46,093 bases of DNA from Octopus bimaculoides (Eukaryota), in assembly GCF_001194135.2 (NCBI RefSeq), contig NC_068993.1:2845903-2891995 (forward strand), read 5' to 3'. Each line of letters opens with the position of its first letter. Position 1 is the first letter of the stretch. This document shows, in pieces, positions 11,876-25,675 of this stretch. The position numbers were made by a program, and so were the translations under genes. Under the pieces are notes generated by a model. That model was not told the DNA's origin. It worked only from the letters and a program-made list of their open reading frames with translations, and ran no database searches.

Positions 11876-13354
11876 AACAAGGAGAGAAAATAAAGAATGT
11901 GTAGTGGCTAGTGATCTATCAGGGACTTCAAAATTTCTGCCAGATGTATAACGATGTTTAACTGGCTGAGACTTTGAAGCCACTGTCAACAACATTCTTG
12001 TTTAAGAATAAATATGAATAAAATTTGGAAACAATTTTCTCTATACAAAGTCCATAATCTATATTCCTAATTCTCAACTATGCTCAGTCTATCTGGCTAT
12101 ATCTGGCTAAGTATGATCAATGGGATCCATGACCCATTCTGTTTCTCTTTAGTATTATCTTGGACCACACTGTGAAATAGGTCTTTCCCTTTCGCAAGTT
12201 AGCATGATTTATTTCAATAGAGATTCGGTAGCTATTTCAGGCTGAGTCACCACACAGAGTCTCTTCCCATTGACTTCAGATTTTTAAATGAATATTTATT
12301 CTTTTGATTTTGCATAGTACCTTTATACCTTATTAATTCATGTCTAATATCCCCTTATTTTTTATGAAATAACATTGTATCATTTCTATAATTCTCATTT
12401 TACAGCAGATGCATTTTTACAGCTTATACTAGGAAAGTTCAACCTTAAATTTTGAATTCCTTTCTCTTTTTGTTTCATTTAGGATATATGAAGTTTTACA
12501 ATGTTTTTTACACAGCATTTATAATAAATATGACTAAGCATGTCTTCTTCCATACATTGTGAAATAAAGAAAAGTAAGTGCATATTATACAAAAGATATT
12601 ATTTCCCATTACATTGCATATGATATTTTTCAGGATTACATTGTCTATAATTACGAGAGCATTTTTTGCATGAATAACACAGTAATAAAGGGGGTACAAA
12701 CACTGACCCTTTAGAACTTATTTTAAACCCTTATGTGTTCATCAAGCTGGGGCCAAAACTAAAATGAATAGTTACAACAATAATTTATGGCATTCATTTT
12801 AAAGCCTATAAACATCAATGTATCGGAAAAAAACGAAACTGTTTAACTGAATAAGCATTACATATGGTTTCAGTATGACATAGAAGAGCTTGCTTTGAAA
12901 ATATTTCATCGAAATAAAATAATTCTTAATCATTTCTGCATTGTGCCATATTTATATCAATAGTGCTTATTTTTTTAACAACTATTATGATACTGTTACT
13001 TCAGGAATGAAAAGAATCCTTGCAAAAGTTTACACTATAATCATCATCCCTTATTGTTCCTGACAACAAGCAAAAAAAATAAAAAAATAAAAAATAAAAA
13101 CTGAGGAAAAAAGAAAGAAGAAACCAATCTATGCCACTGAAAGTCCTTGAGCATTGATGTGCTTCTGTTTCTGTTATCACATGGAATGAATAAATGATAG
13201 TTATAAACAACAAGTAAACAACTCATAAATTGTACCTGGGTAGGAATTAACCTTTCATTATATGGAGGAAGAGAGAATTGTGACATTTTTCCCCAAGAAA
13301 TTCTATAAATATTTCATCAAATCAAAAGATACAGTTAAAAAATATACCATATAT

Positions 13355-13450
13355 NNNNNNNNNNNNNNNNNNNNNNNNNNNNNNNNNNNNNNNNNNNNNN
13401 NNNNNNNNNNNNNNNNNNNNNNNNNNNNNNNNNNNNNNNNNNNNNNNNNN
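13355..13450. other. Assembly gap
   Basis: N run. Confidence 1.
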
Positions 13451-15686
13451 ATATTTACACATAGATATATGTATATATTTATATCTTTATGTATGTGTAT
13501 ATATATATAAATATATATATATATGTGTGTGTGTGCATATTTAGCTAAGTATATATGATATGCAAGTTGGGGGAAGAACTATATATGTTTCTGTTTTTTT
13601 TTATTTCAAAGAAATAATCGAAATGCATTTTAGCAGAAATGTCAAACTTTTGTGTGGCATAGCAATTTTAATTTAACAGGTTATCATTATGTCACTAATG
13701 CATGAATATTGGCACCAGACCGAAAAACAAATGATGCAATTGTATAAATATTGGAAACAGGGTTAGAAAGAGAAAAAAAATATATCGAAGACTAGAACTT
13801 ATAGTATTTATTGATGTATTTCCATAATCTTCCATATTTTCTCCTCTGATTTTAAACATTCACATATATACATACACACTTGTACACCTTATATGGCTCT
13901 CTCTCATTCTCTCTCTCTCTCTTTCTCTCCTCCTCTCTCTAATCTTCCAATCATTTGTGTTAAAATGTGAGCTTTATCTTTTTCTTTCTGTTATTATTTT
14001 GTTTATAAAAATGTGATAACAAATAATGCAAAAACAAAGACAAAAAAAGAAACAAGAAAAACCAGTAAAACATGAATTATAAATTTTAATCTGAAATATT
14101 TGTTGATTATTATTTCCCAGAATTCTTTGCAAATGGAAATTGTAAATTATAATTGGAAAGTTAATGTATAAATGCAGTAATTATCTCACTACCAATATTC
14201 TTAATATCAACAAACTGTAAAAGTATGGGGTAAGATCAATGAAATTTTGGTGGTAGGGAGGACAAGAAAACTATGGCTGTATTTTTACAAATGGAGGCAA
14301 TGTTGATAAAGCTTTCCATTTGCACCCAAGAGATGGGTTGGAGAAATGATAGCATAATTGCAAAATATTTGGTCAATCAGCTGGAATAAATAAAGGATTA
14401 GATTTATATTTTTGTTGAAAATTTTAAAATGTAACAAGAAATTCTAAAACAAAACCCTATAAAATGGTTAAAATATGGAGTGAAATAGCTAAATTGATTT
14501 CTAATTTTTATTTAATGTAACACTTAAAACCCATTCCTAGCAACTGAGATAATGTTGATGGATAAAATTGGGTGAAATCAAAACATAAAAACGAATTCAG
14601 GTTTACATCAGAAGAACGTATTTCTTTTCTAAATGGAAACCCATATCGTTATGGATTTTATTTTAGCAGAAAATAAAATAATAGTATTTCGAGTTTGTTG
14701 TTGTATAAGTGCTCTGGAATGTTGTGTGTGTGTGCATCATGCTTAATGAGGACAACTATGAGAATTAGAGTTTGTTGTGGCAACAGACGATGACTCTCAA
14801 CATCTTCAGGAGGTTGTTTGCTTCTTTGTGGCGCTTTGTATGTATTGCAATATCTATGTTGGTGATTGTATTGATTGAGTTTTTAAAGACAATAAAAAAA
14901 ACACTGATTCTGTGTTGAAGTGCTTTTACAAAGTTGACAAAAGTGTGTTTGCCTTTCTTCAGTGCCAATGTCTTGACAAGATGAGGTGATGCAAGAAAAG
15001 TTAAGGAATTGCTTACCAGAAGGTCTGTGTTGGTTATGTGTGTGGAATAGAATGCAATGTCTGAAAAAGAGATGTAAAAAGTTAGTTTTGCAGATGTGGA
15101 TTGTTTAGGATGCAAAGAGAGTTTAGTTGTAATGTTATTGTGTCACCTCTTATATTATATGTATTATTTGAAAACCAAGATGTGTTCAGTGCATTCAAAT
15201 CTCTTTTGGGTTGTGTGATCCAGTGAAATGGTCGGTGACATCGGTTATTAAATAAATATGCTTTTTATTGGTGGTTTTTATTAAGAAATCTTACATTTCT
15301 AGTTTAGTAATATCTCCCATTGATCTATGACTGTTATTTGTGATATCTGTTTATTGGAAGCATGCTTTTATATATGAACCAGACTGACTCCCTTGTGAAT
15401 AAATTGAGGATAATTTGAAATTATGAAAATCTTATGTTCAAACTGAAAGAATGTTTCCTGCTTTATTGCTAGGTGAATGTTGTATGAATATAAAATCATT
15501 TAGTTATATATAATGGTGTCTTTAACACCATTACTGTGGTACTTCAGAGATGTTTGCTTTATTCTTTCAAACATTTCATTTTTTTTATTTATTCCATGGG
15601 AAGCATTCATTTCTAAATATATTCTCTGCTAATCTGTGACATTGAGGAATAGAGATAACAATAGCACTTCCTGTTTGTATTATTTC

Positions 15687-15867
15687 TGTTGTTGTTAAGG
15701 CAGCAAAGATGGATGGGATGAGAGTCCATCGCAGCGTTACTCATTTTTGCCAGCTGAGTGGACTGAAGCAACGTGAAATGAAGTGTTTTGCGTCGCCCGG
15801 TCCAGGAATCGAAACCACAATCTTGCGATCATGATGCTGACACCCTAACCACTAAGCCATGCACTTC
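15687..15867 (-). mobile_element. tRNA-derived SINE (family D-type head with a conserved central domain)
   Basis: A box TGGCTTAGTGG (15859-15849), B box GGTTTCGATTCC (15816-15805), then cacttcatttcacgttgcttcagtccactcagctggcaaaaatgagt and a CAA tail. Confidence 0.75.
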
Positions 15868-15899
15868 TACTGTTAAATGTAAAGACACACATAATTATA

Positions 15900-16085
15900 T
15901 TGGTTTCCAATTTTGGCACAAGGCCAGCAATTTCAGGGGTGGGAGTAAGTTGATCTCCAGTGATCAGCCAGTACTTATTCTATCGATCCCAAAAGGATGA
16001 TTGACAAACTTGACCTTGATGGAAATTGAACCCAGAATGTAAAGATGGATGAAATGCAGCTAAGCATTTTAGCCAGCATCCTAAC
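15900..16085 (-). mobile_element. SINE family C
   Basis: ttttggcacaaggccagcaatttcaggggtgggagtaag...gtacttattctatcgatcccaaaaggatg...ttgaacccagaatgtaaagatgg, homologous to 30652-30845. Confidence 0.75.
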
Positions 16086-16239
16086 ACGCATCCATAATGT
16101 CAGTGTTAGTCTATCCTGTATCTACATATTACTTAAAAAGTAGTATTTGAGGAAGATTTAGCTATAATTTCGTGTGAGTTGAGCAACTTCATACACGATT
16201 CCAAAGTAGTTCATGTTGATGTTCTTGTTGGAATTAGTG

Positions 16240-16997
16240 TTGTCAATGCTGCTGCTGCTGGTGTTGTTGTTGTTGTTGATGATGATAATGATGATGACAG
16301 TGCTGAGGGTGTTAACAGCGATCAGAGCAAGATGATATTGATGATGTCACGGCTGATGATAATGTCAATGACAATGAAGATGATGATGATGAAGATGATG
16401 CTGATCATGATGACGGCGATTATGACGATGATGATGATGATGATAATAACAATGACAACACGATGATGACAGAGATGGTAGTGGTGGTGATGTTGATGAT
16501 GATGATTATGATGATGATGATGATTGTGGTGGTGGCACTGTTGGNNNNNNNNNNNNNNNNNNNNNNNNNNNNNNNNNNNNNNNNNNNNNNNNNNNNNNNN
16601 NNNNNNNNNNNNNNNNNNNNNNNNNNNNNNNNNNNNNNNNNNNNNNNNNNNNNNNNNNNNNNNNNNNNNNNNNNNNNNNNNNNNNNNNNNNNNNNNNNNN
16701 NNNNNNNNNNNNNNNNNNNNNNNNNNNNNNNNNNNNNNNNNNNNNNNNNNNNNNNNNNNNNNNNNNNNNNNNNNNNNNNNNNNNNNNNNNNNNNNNNNNN
16801 NNNNNNNNNNNNNNNNNNNNNNNNNNNNNNNNNNNNNNNNNNNNNNNNNNNNNNNNNNNNNNNNNNNNNNNNNNNNNNNNNNNNNNNNNNNNNNNNNNNN
16901 NNNNNNNNNNNNNNNNNNNNNNNNNNNNNNNNNNNNNNNNNNNNNNNNNNNNNNNNNNNNNNNNNNNNNNNNNNNNNNNNNNNNNNNNNNNNNNNNN
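16240..16997 (+). repeat. GAT/GGT trinucleotide field running into an assembly gap (N at 16545-16997)
   Basis: Read directly from the sequence. Confidence 0.9.
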
Positions 16998-17030
16998 TAT
17001 ATATACACATACATATATATATATGTATAT

Positions 17031-17090
<60 letters not shown>

Positions 17091-17475
17091 GTGTATGAAT
17101 AAGATTGTGATATAGCAGAGATAGCAGATTTGTACACACACACACACACACACACACATTCCTAACATCATCATAAGTTAAAAATTAAACCCAGAGATCA
17201 ATATTTTTTCAGCAACTTAAACAGATCAATACCAGATATGTCGACAACACAAAGCAGATCCATTATAACAACTTGAATATTAAATAAATAAATCAAAACT
17301 CCATTCCTGCCCACTCCCACCTCTCAGCAAATTCATTAACAGCTAATATGAATCAGTAGGGAAGGGTCCAGGCAGTCACTGAACCTGCTAGAAACAATAG
17401 CTATGTTTGCAATTTATCACATCCTTCTGGCTTAAAAAAAAAAAAGAAGACTGCATTAGATCTTTTATTGTTTAT

Positions 17476-17837
17476 CTTTTACCTGTTTCAGTCATTAGAC
17501 TGTGGCCAAACTGGGGCAGCACCTTGAAGAATTTTTAGCCAAATGAATCAGCCCCAGGGTTAATTTTTTTTTTTTAAACATGCTACATACTCTCTTGGTT
17601 TCTTTTGGCAAACCACTAAGTCACAGGGACAAAAACATACCAACACCGGCCACCAAATGGTGGTGGAGGGAAAATACAGACAAAAAGACCCACACACACA
17701 TATGTTTATATACATTAGGCTTCTTTCAGTTTCCGTCTACCAAATCCATTGAGAAGTCTTTGGTCTATCTGAAGCTATAGTAGAAGACACTTGCCCAAGA
17801 TGTCACACAGTGGGACTGAACCTGGAACCACACAGCC
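17476..17837 (-). mobile_element. SINE family A, near full length
   Basis: Reverse complement contains ggttccaggttcagtcccactgtgtgacatcttgggcaagtgtcttctactatagc and ggatttggtagacggaaactgaaagaagcc. Confidence 0.8.
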
Positions 17838-18769
17838 TTAAATAGAAGTAGTCCCAGAACTGCTATTCTTATTCATTTGTTTTTATAGACTTTGTGGATC
17901 AGGCCTCAGCCCCCTGTTTGTTATTGGCCAACTCTATCAAAGCCTGACCTAGGTGCAAGACAACACCACCACCAATGACTACACCACCTTATTCACAAGC
18001 TTCCCTCTCTTTCTTTCTTTTTTCTTCATGTTAGCATGAATTAGAGATGAGTATTGACGATACAAAGTATTCTTCCCCTGCTGCCTCATCCTCGCTCGCC
18101 AGAAATGCCCATCATGTCCATACCTGTCATCTTTCCTGTAAACTTAGGTTGTCACCATTGATGTCTGTGCTTTTTCTCGTCTCTCTTCTGCCTTGTTTTA
18201 TGTTTAAACAGTTTAACATTCTGAGTCATGATTGCTTACGATTTTAGCTTTTAACCCAGATTTCTGTTTTTCTAAATTCTAGAATTTTTCCTCCCACCCA
18301 CCCAAAACCCCACTCTTTTAACGTGAACTCGGAAAATTTATAGTTTGGAGGTGGAGAAAGGATTAGATACTGGTAAATTTGGCACTCTGCAAGAAATGCT
18401 ACATATAGAAAAAAATATTTAAATCTGAAGCTAAGAGGTAGCTATAATGCTTTAAGATATACAATTGTATTAAACTGGCTTCCATGCAAACAACGCATTA
18501 AACTTGCTGAAACATATTGCAAATCATTACATTTTCCATTAACATTAGTTGTGGTTGTCATAATACTTGCAACAGCTATGAAAAATCTTGATAATTTACA
18601 CCATTCCAGAGACAGAGATTCTGCTACAGAAGCAAAAAGTCTAGGCTTGCATTTAATATGTAGTCTGCTTTGTAATATATAAGTTCTTCATTTTGACTTC
18701 AGTTTTTGTTTCAGCATTGTGGTTGTTGTTGTCGACTTCATTGACATCATCATCATCATCATCATTATG

Positions 18770-18910
18770 AAAGTAGCAAGGTGGCAGACTCATTGGAGTA
18801 TTGGGGAAAAATGTTTTCCAGTATTTCTTTCAACTGTTTACATTTTGATTTCAAATCCTGCTGAGGTCAATGTCGCCATTCATCTTTTCAGGTCGAGAAA
18901 GTAGGTACCA
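18770..18910 (+). mobile_element. SINE family C 5' part
   Basis: A-box-like tggcagactcatt, B-box-like gatttcaaatcc, then gaggtcaatgtcgccattcatcttttcaggtcga...gtacca. Confidence 0.65.
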
Positions 18911-18914
18911 GAAA

Positions 18915-19080
18915 AAAAGACATTTACAAGAAAGGTTATCATTCCCAATGGAAAAATACCTTAGGAATGAGAACCCAGGTTTGAAATTTCCCTAAGACAC
19001 CTGATGAAGCCGAAACCCTGTGTTAACAACAAACAAGATGAAGACAAATATCCATCAAATGTAAATAATGTAAATAATGT
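18915..19080 (+). mobile_element. Family E repeat copy with a disrupted hammerhead
   Basis: gagaacccaggtttgaaatttccctaagacacctgatgaagccgaaaccctgtgttaacaacaaacaagatgaagacaaatatccatcaa matches the reverse complement of 7945-8056 except for a 17-nt deletion and a few substitutions. Confidence 0.7.
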
Positions 19081-20038
19081 TCCTTTCATATGTTATTGTA
19101 TTTTTTATATTTCTGATTTATTCAGACAAACAATTGAACACAGATATTACCAACATGTTCCCATATGACCAATGATTCTGCTAGGGGTTTCAACAAGCAC
19201 AAACATATGGTTTGGTGCACAGAAAAATTCATTCCATTGAGACTCAACAAAAATTACTGCTGACCTAGATTAAAGTACATTTTAACACAAACATCTGCAA
19301 ACACATCTCTGTTGTACTTTTACAGTTCAATATTTTCCCATTAGTTATTCTGGTTGATTTTCGAAAATAATATTTTAGCCAAATATTCTTGCATTTTTCC
19401 ATAAATTTCATAAACGAGAGACTTCCATTGCAAAAAAATTATGTCACATTCTTAGTGTTTCCATTAACTTAAGAACAACAAGAATCTGGGTTAAAAGCTA
19501 AATTGATTGCTGGACTTTGTTCCTATTTACATATCTGCATAAATACAGGCATATCTATGTATGTGTATATATATATATATATATATATAAGTGTGTGTGT
19601 GTGAGTGTGTGTGTGTCTGTGTGGTGGTGTATGCACACATACACATATATATATAGATACATACACATGCATAAAACTGAGAATATAAACACAGACATAA
19701 GTGTATATTGAAACATAACAGCATGTGTCTTTGTGTACATAACCTACATTAGTCAAGTATTCAGATAAAAACAATATATATGTTCATATATTGTGTACAC
19801 ATAATATAATTCATTTTATATTATTCCTATATATATATATAGATATATATATATATATATGTAAGAGACCAAAGTGTATGTATGCTGCCATATGAACATA
19901 AAAAGGAATACAAGACATGGAACAAGAATGCAAAACATCCAGACAGATGATATAAAAAAGGGACAAGAAAAAACAAGGACAGGTCATTCGGAGTTTTCTT
20001 TCCTCAGTCGAGTTCCAGATTATCTTTGCAATTTCGGC

Positions 20039-20073
<35 letters not shown>

Positions 20074-20371
20074 CTTGTTTGACATGTATACATATTTTGT
20101 GTTTCATATCCAAGCTGTTATATTTAATGTATTTAATTTGTTTATCTGTATAATTGCCTCCATATCTGCTCAGCTCAATCCCTCTCAAAATAGCCATTCT
20201 TTATTCCACAAAATTGATTCCTCAAAAAGATATTGGAGTCTAAGTTTGAATTATTCAAGCACTACTAAGTGTCTTCTATACTGAGAATCTCTGGATCTCA
20301 ACTACTGACTATATATATATATAGTCAGTATATATATGTATACATATGCATATATATATGTGTATATATGA

Positions 20372-20410
<39 letters not shown>

Positions 20411-21126
20411 TATATATATGTATATATGTATGTATATATATATATATTTATATTTATATAAATATATAAATACATACATATATATATATATATCTATTGT
20501 GTATATATGTATGAGAACATCCTTTAGGTAGTTAGGGAAAAAGTAAATAGGAAAACTGAACGACCCCTAAATAAATCTGCTACCAATAATAAAGGGTCAG
20601 CAGATTGTACATTATTTGTTATCAGAACTATAAATTATAGCTGATCTGATAAATATTACCATCTTAACGAAGCCAAATAACAATATTAACAATGCACAAT
20701 ACATAGAACTCTGCCAAAACCATGTTGTAATTCATCTGTCAAAGTTGATCCTTATATTGAGATTCCATGTTTCCTTATTATGATGAAGAGACAATCATTT
20801 GTTTTCTATAGAGATATTTTTGGTGAGGTAGAATTTATTTTGGCAATATCCACAAATTTCTTTATTTCTTTTTTTTTTTTTTGGCTAGTGTTTGTACAAT
20901 AATATATTGAAGAAATGTAATTTTTTTTTAATAAAGATTGGATTTTGGACTGGGGAAAAGCTATTTTCATCTTTTGTTTTGTTTCTTACTCTTTTTGGCA
21001 TTGGTTTAACTTGACAACCGTTTCAGCTTCAGTCTTGTAAAATGTATTTAACTGAGTTATTTGTTTTGCCTAAAACTGTAGAAGAGATTAATACCAATAT
21101 CTATACAAACACACATATTCACAGCA

Positions 21127-21390
21127 ATCTATCAATCTATCTATCTATCTATCTATCCATCTATCTGTCTATCTATCTCTCTGTCTATCTATCTATCTAT
21201 CTATCTATCTGTCTATCTATCTATCTATCTATCTATCTATCCATCTCTCTATCTATCTATCTCTCTGTCTATCTCTCTGTCTGTCTATCTATCTATCTAT
21301 CTATCTATCTATCCATCTATCTATCCATCTCTCTATCTCTCTATCTATCTCTCTATCTAGATAAATAGATAGATGGATAGATAGAGAGAT
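21127..21390. repeat. (TCTA)n array ending in a short inverted (GATA)n run
   Basis: Read directly from the sequence. Confidence 0.95.
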
Positions 21391-21578
21391 GAATTAATAG
21401 AGAGATATCAATCTTAATGTGTATACTTTGTATTTGTTTGGTTCAGTTAATCTATAAAACATTACAACAAATTATATCACATACAAACACACATATTCAC
21501 AGCACAGCTCTTTTATGAATTTTACTTAGAAATTCATTCCTGTAGTATTCAAAGATATATATGCATGCGTGGATGCAT

Positions 21579-21619
<41 letters not shown>

Positions 21620-21974
21620 TATATGTATATAAGCATTTGTATGTGCATATCATGTACTTATACGTAATACAGAACACAGTATGTATATATATCTATTGAT
21701 ATTTACTGATTTTTGCATGTATATCCAGTGTCAGAAGAAGTTCTGCATTTGAATAGCATTCAGTTGCTGGTTCCTGCAGAAGATCTTTGAAAGCACACAA
21801 CAAAGTTTTCCATATATATATTTACCAATGTATATGCTACTGTTGACACATTAAGCTAAATAAAATCATGTTCTTCCATGCATAAAAGTTTGTCCATTAT
21901 GACCATATCATGAGGCCGTTGTCATGTGGGCTTTTCAGTGCTCATGCCACATATGAAGCACCTTTGTCGATGCC

Positions 21975-22125
21975 ATGTATAAAGCATCCATGTGTATGTC
22001 ACGCATAAAGTGTCCATGCCAGTGGCATGTAAAGAGCACCCCTTGTACTCTGTAAAATGGTTAGCATTTGGAAGGGCATTCAGCTGTAGAGACCATGCCA
22101 AAACAGACAATTGGCGCCTGGGTAG
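21975..22125 (+). mobile_element. SINE-like family B internal part
   Basis: gtggcatgtaaagagcacc...ggaagggcattcagctgtagagaccatgccaaaacagacaattgg. Confidence 0.65.
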
Positions 22126-23451
22126 CTTTTATAAAGCCTTTGAAGTAGATGTTTGTTAATTAAAATGAGAAGCAACATTTTATTGTGCACTACTGCACCA
22201 ATACAGCAATGTGCACCTATGCAGCTTAGAGTGAAAGAATGTTGAGTGGAAGGTTTTGATGTAGAAATAAAGACTTTAAAACTTTTTAGTAGTAAAGAAA
22301 AAACAGTTGTTCCGGGTAACTCAGTATGTAATTCTATATGTAATTTAATGTTTGTAATTCATAGCTAATGTAAGCAAAATAAGTTCATGCAGAATAAAAT
22401 GTAAATCAAAAGAGCTTAAGTAATTTTAGACATTATAAAACCTTACTGTGAACTAAATAAGAATGTAAATAAATTCATTTTATGCTACTGATGTCCAGAA
22501 ATTTGGAATAAATTTCTTGATGGACTGCTTTACATTTTGTTGACCACTCCTCAATGAAGGTGTACCAGTCTTCCTTCCCTTATCAATAGCATAGATCAGC
22601 TGCTTGTAAAGCAGTCATGAATTAAGCTAGCACTTAGTGGACAGTCTAATTTGCATATTTGTGCTTTTGGTGGCTCATCGTTAATTAAATGATATCTATT
22701 TATGTATAACATAGTGTAAATCAAAAGAAGTGAAATAAGTTTAAATAGGACTCAGCTAACAGATGTCGTTTATGTAAAACAAAGATTGGAACGAGAAGAA
22801 AAGATGTGTATGTATGTATATCTGTGACAACCTGCAAACTATGTTTGGATAATTGCTTTCTCTGTCTTTCTCTGTCCATTAGTATTCATAAACATGACTC
22901 GTCTTGGCTCTTATAAAGAACTGCCATGTTTTACGCCTGTTCGTAATGTAACTGTTGTTGTTGTTATCGTTGTAGTCAACGATGTTGATGCTACTCTCAT
23001 GTTTATCATAATCCTTTCCAATGATATTACATTTAAAATCAATTAACGATAGCAACCGTATAATCAAATGGAATATAATACTAGCTTTTGTCATTAGAGA
23101 TAATTACAATAATTGGATTCTTTGTAAATAATTGTTTCAGATTAGAGTTACAGTTATAATTCTGTTCAGTATGTACATCCATAGTTATATTTACTCTGCC
23201 TATCTTTGCAGTATTTTCCATCTGGCAATTATCATTTCGTTATACAACTATGCAGTCAATAGTAAAGATTAATGGAATTTAAAATAAATCCTTGGTGAAA
23301 AAATGTCCATTGAGAAGCCATCTACTGCAAGGCTACAGGAATCATCATTAAAGCACCCTCTCTGTAATGCAACATTCTAGCCATCGGTTATAAATAACTT
23401 GAATAAATTCCTAAAATATCAAAGTTTAGAGACAGCTATTAGCATGGACAA

Positions 23452-23680
23452 CATATAAAATTCTCATGCTGCTTATCTTCCATTTAGGATTGTGATCTGC
23501 TTTTAGAGGAAACCTTTTAAGAACATTAAAGATTTACTGGTTGTTCTTTTAAGTGACCACATCATTTCTCTGCATTCAATTATGATAATCGTAAATATTT
23601 CTTTTATAATTTTAGATCTGTAAAAATGGTAAGAATATGCTCCTCTGATGAGGGTAAGTAAGTCTGAAATGTGTATAGTG
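23452..23680 (+). mobile_element. Decayed PLE 3' end (GIY-YIG-like relic plus decayed hammerhead)
   Basis: Translation IKFSCCLSSI*DCDLLLEETF*EH*RFTGCSLSDHI resembles the YKFSC...YIG.T.R.L.ER..EH pattern; followed by CTGATGA-GGGT(aagtaa)GTCT-GAAA-TGTGTA. Confidence 0.35.
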
Positions 23681-24006
23681 TTGCGGATCTACTTATCAAA
23701 GATTCAGTTTATTTCCCATATAATATTTAATCAAAATTAAATATTAAAATTGTGGGGATATTTTCTCATCTTTTCTTATAATTTATAATCCAAATTATAA
23801 TTGTTAAAATCATTACGGAAGTAATTTTAAATAATGAAATCTTTTGGTTCACTGCATCAAATGAAACGTGGAATTTTTAGAGTCTTTAGAGAAGTGGATA
23901 AAAGCAGTCATCCTATGTCTGTGTGTAGATACATATGTATATATATATATATATATATGCATACACACATTTATGCATACATACACACAACATGCACAAG
24001 CATAGG

Positions 24007-24057
<51 letters not shown>

Positions 24058-24119
24058 GTGTCTGTGTGTATGTGTGTATATATATATATATATGTATATA
24101 TGTATATATATATAAATAT

Positions 24120-24160
24120 NNNNNNNNNNNNNNNNNNNNNNNNNNNNNNNNNNNNNNNNN
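24120..24160. other. Assembly gap
   Basis: N run. Confidence 1.
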
Positions 24161-25003
24161 ATATATATGTATGTATATCAATATATATCTATATATCTAT
24201 ATGTATGTATGTATATATATGAGACCCACTAAGCAGAATGAATCATCACATAAGAAAGCTAATGTTATGCAACAACATGAAAGAAAACCAAAGACAAAAC
24301 AAAAGAACATCAAAATTAAGCTGAAGCCTGTAAGATTTAGCAAGAATTTGGTTATTTTTTTCTGGAGATTAGTCAGTGTAATTGGAACATGAATGAAGGT
24401 TTTATTTTCTTGAAGTGTTTATAGGAATGCGGATAACGGCTTATGTAACAGAGAAGGAAGATGTGGAAGGAGTTTTTCTGTTTTTTTGCATTTGCATGTC
24501 TTGAAGAATATAAAATCCCAGAAGTTCTGTCATGTAGTTGCAAAGAAATTAAAGCTGTAAGAAATGTTGTCTTTTATGGCGCATGTCTTCTCTTGTGAAC
24601 GTTTTTCTTTTTTTTTATCAGAAATATACTTCCATCAAATTTCTGTATTCAAGTGAAGAATTTTTAAAAGTTTCCAAAACGATAAACCTGATTTTACTTT
24701 GTTCGAATTCTTTACCAATAGTCTATGTGTCTCCATAAATCTGGTGCCATGCTTGTTTACTTACTAATCTACTTACTCAAAGAATATGCCACAGTTATCT
24801 CCCATTTCCTCATGCTGAAGAATTTGGTCCTTAGGATTAGATCTGCTTTGATTTAAAGTTATTCATACCTTCACCCTTGGTTTATGGATTGAAATTCCTT
24901 TGCAAAGCTTCAGCTTTGAAACAAACATAAGACCATTCCATGTTTCTTAATTTTGAAAGATAAAAGGAGTATAAAAATATTGCATTACTTATGGGATGAC
25001 CCA

Positions 25004-25037
<34 letters not shown>

Positions 25038-25069
25038 ACATATATATATATATCTATATGTATATAGAC

Positions 25070-25111
<42 letters not shown>

Positions 25112-25675
25112 ATATATGTACGTGTGTGCTGTTTGCAAGAGTCTTCTGGCAAGGATGACGTAACTTCACATCAAAGATCTCTCAGAATCCGTGTCAATCC
25201 ACACACTTACAGCATTATTGGTCCTTTACTTATGTCATGACATAAATTTCTGTGACACCTGACAGTGTTTATCTGAAACAGCTGTAAAGATTTGATTGCT
25301 TCATTCACTTATTTGTACACACAACTTACCAAAACTTACCATTTTTACCTCCCACACTTCCTCAACAAAAATTATTCTTATGACCAACTCCGATACCAGA
25401 GGTCAAGTCTTGGATTTATCTAATCACTAGCCATTGCCTATTAAATATTACTCATGCTTAAGCATTCTCCAACACACTCTGTATGTTAATGTGGTAAGGC
25501 TACAAATCTTCCAATACAGAACATTGTTTGCAGACTTTCTCCTAGTTTTATCCTCATATCTTTTCTAATTTACCTGAATTGCATCTGCAAATGATTGCAC
25601 ATATACACCAAATATACTGACACAAACATATTTAAGCACACCAGAGTACATTACATATATATATACATACAATGC

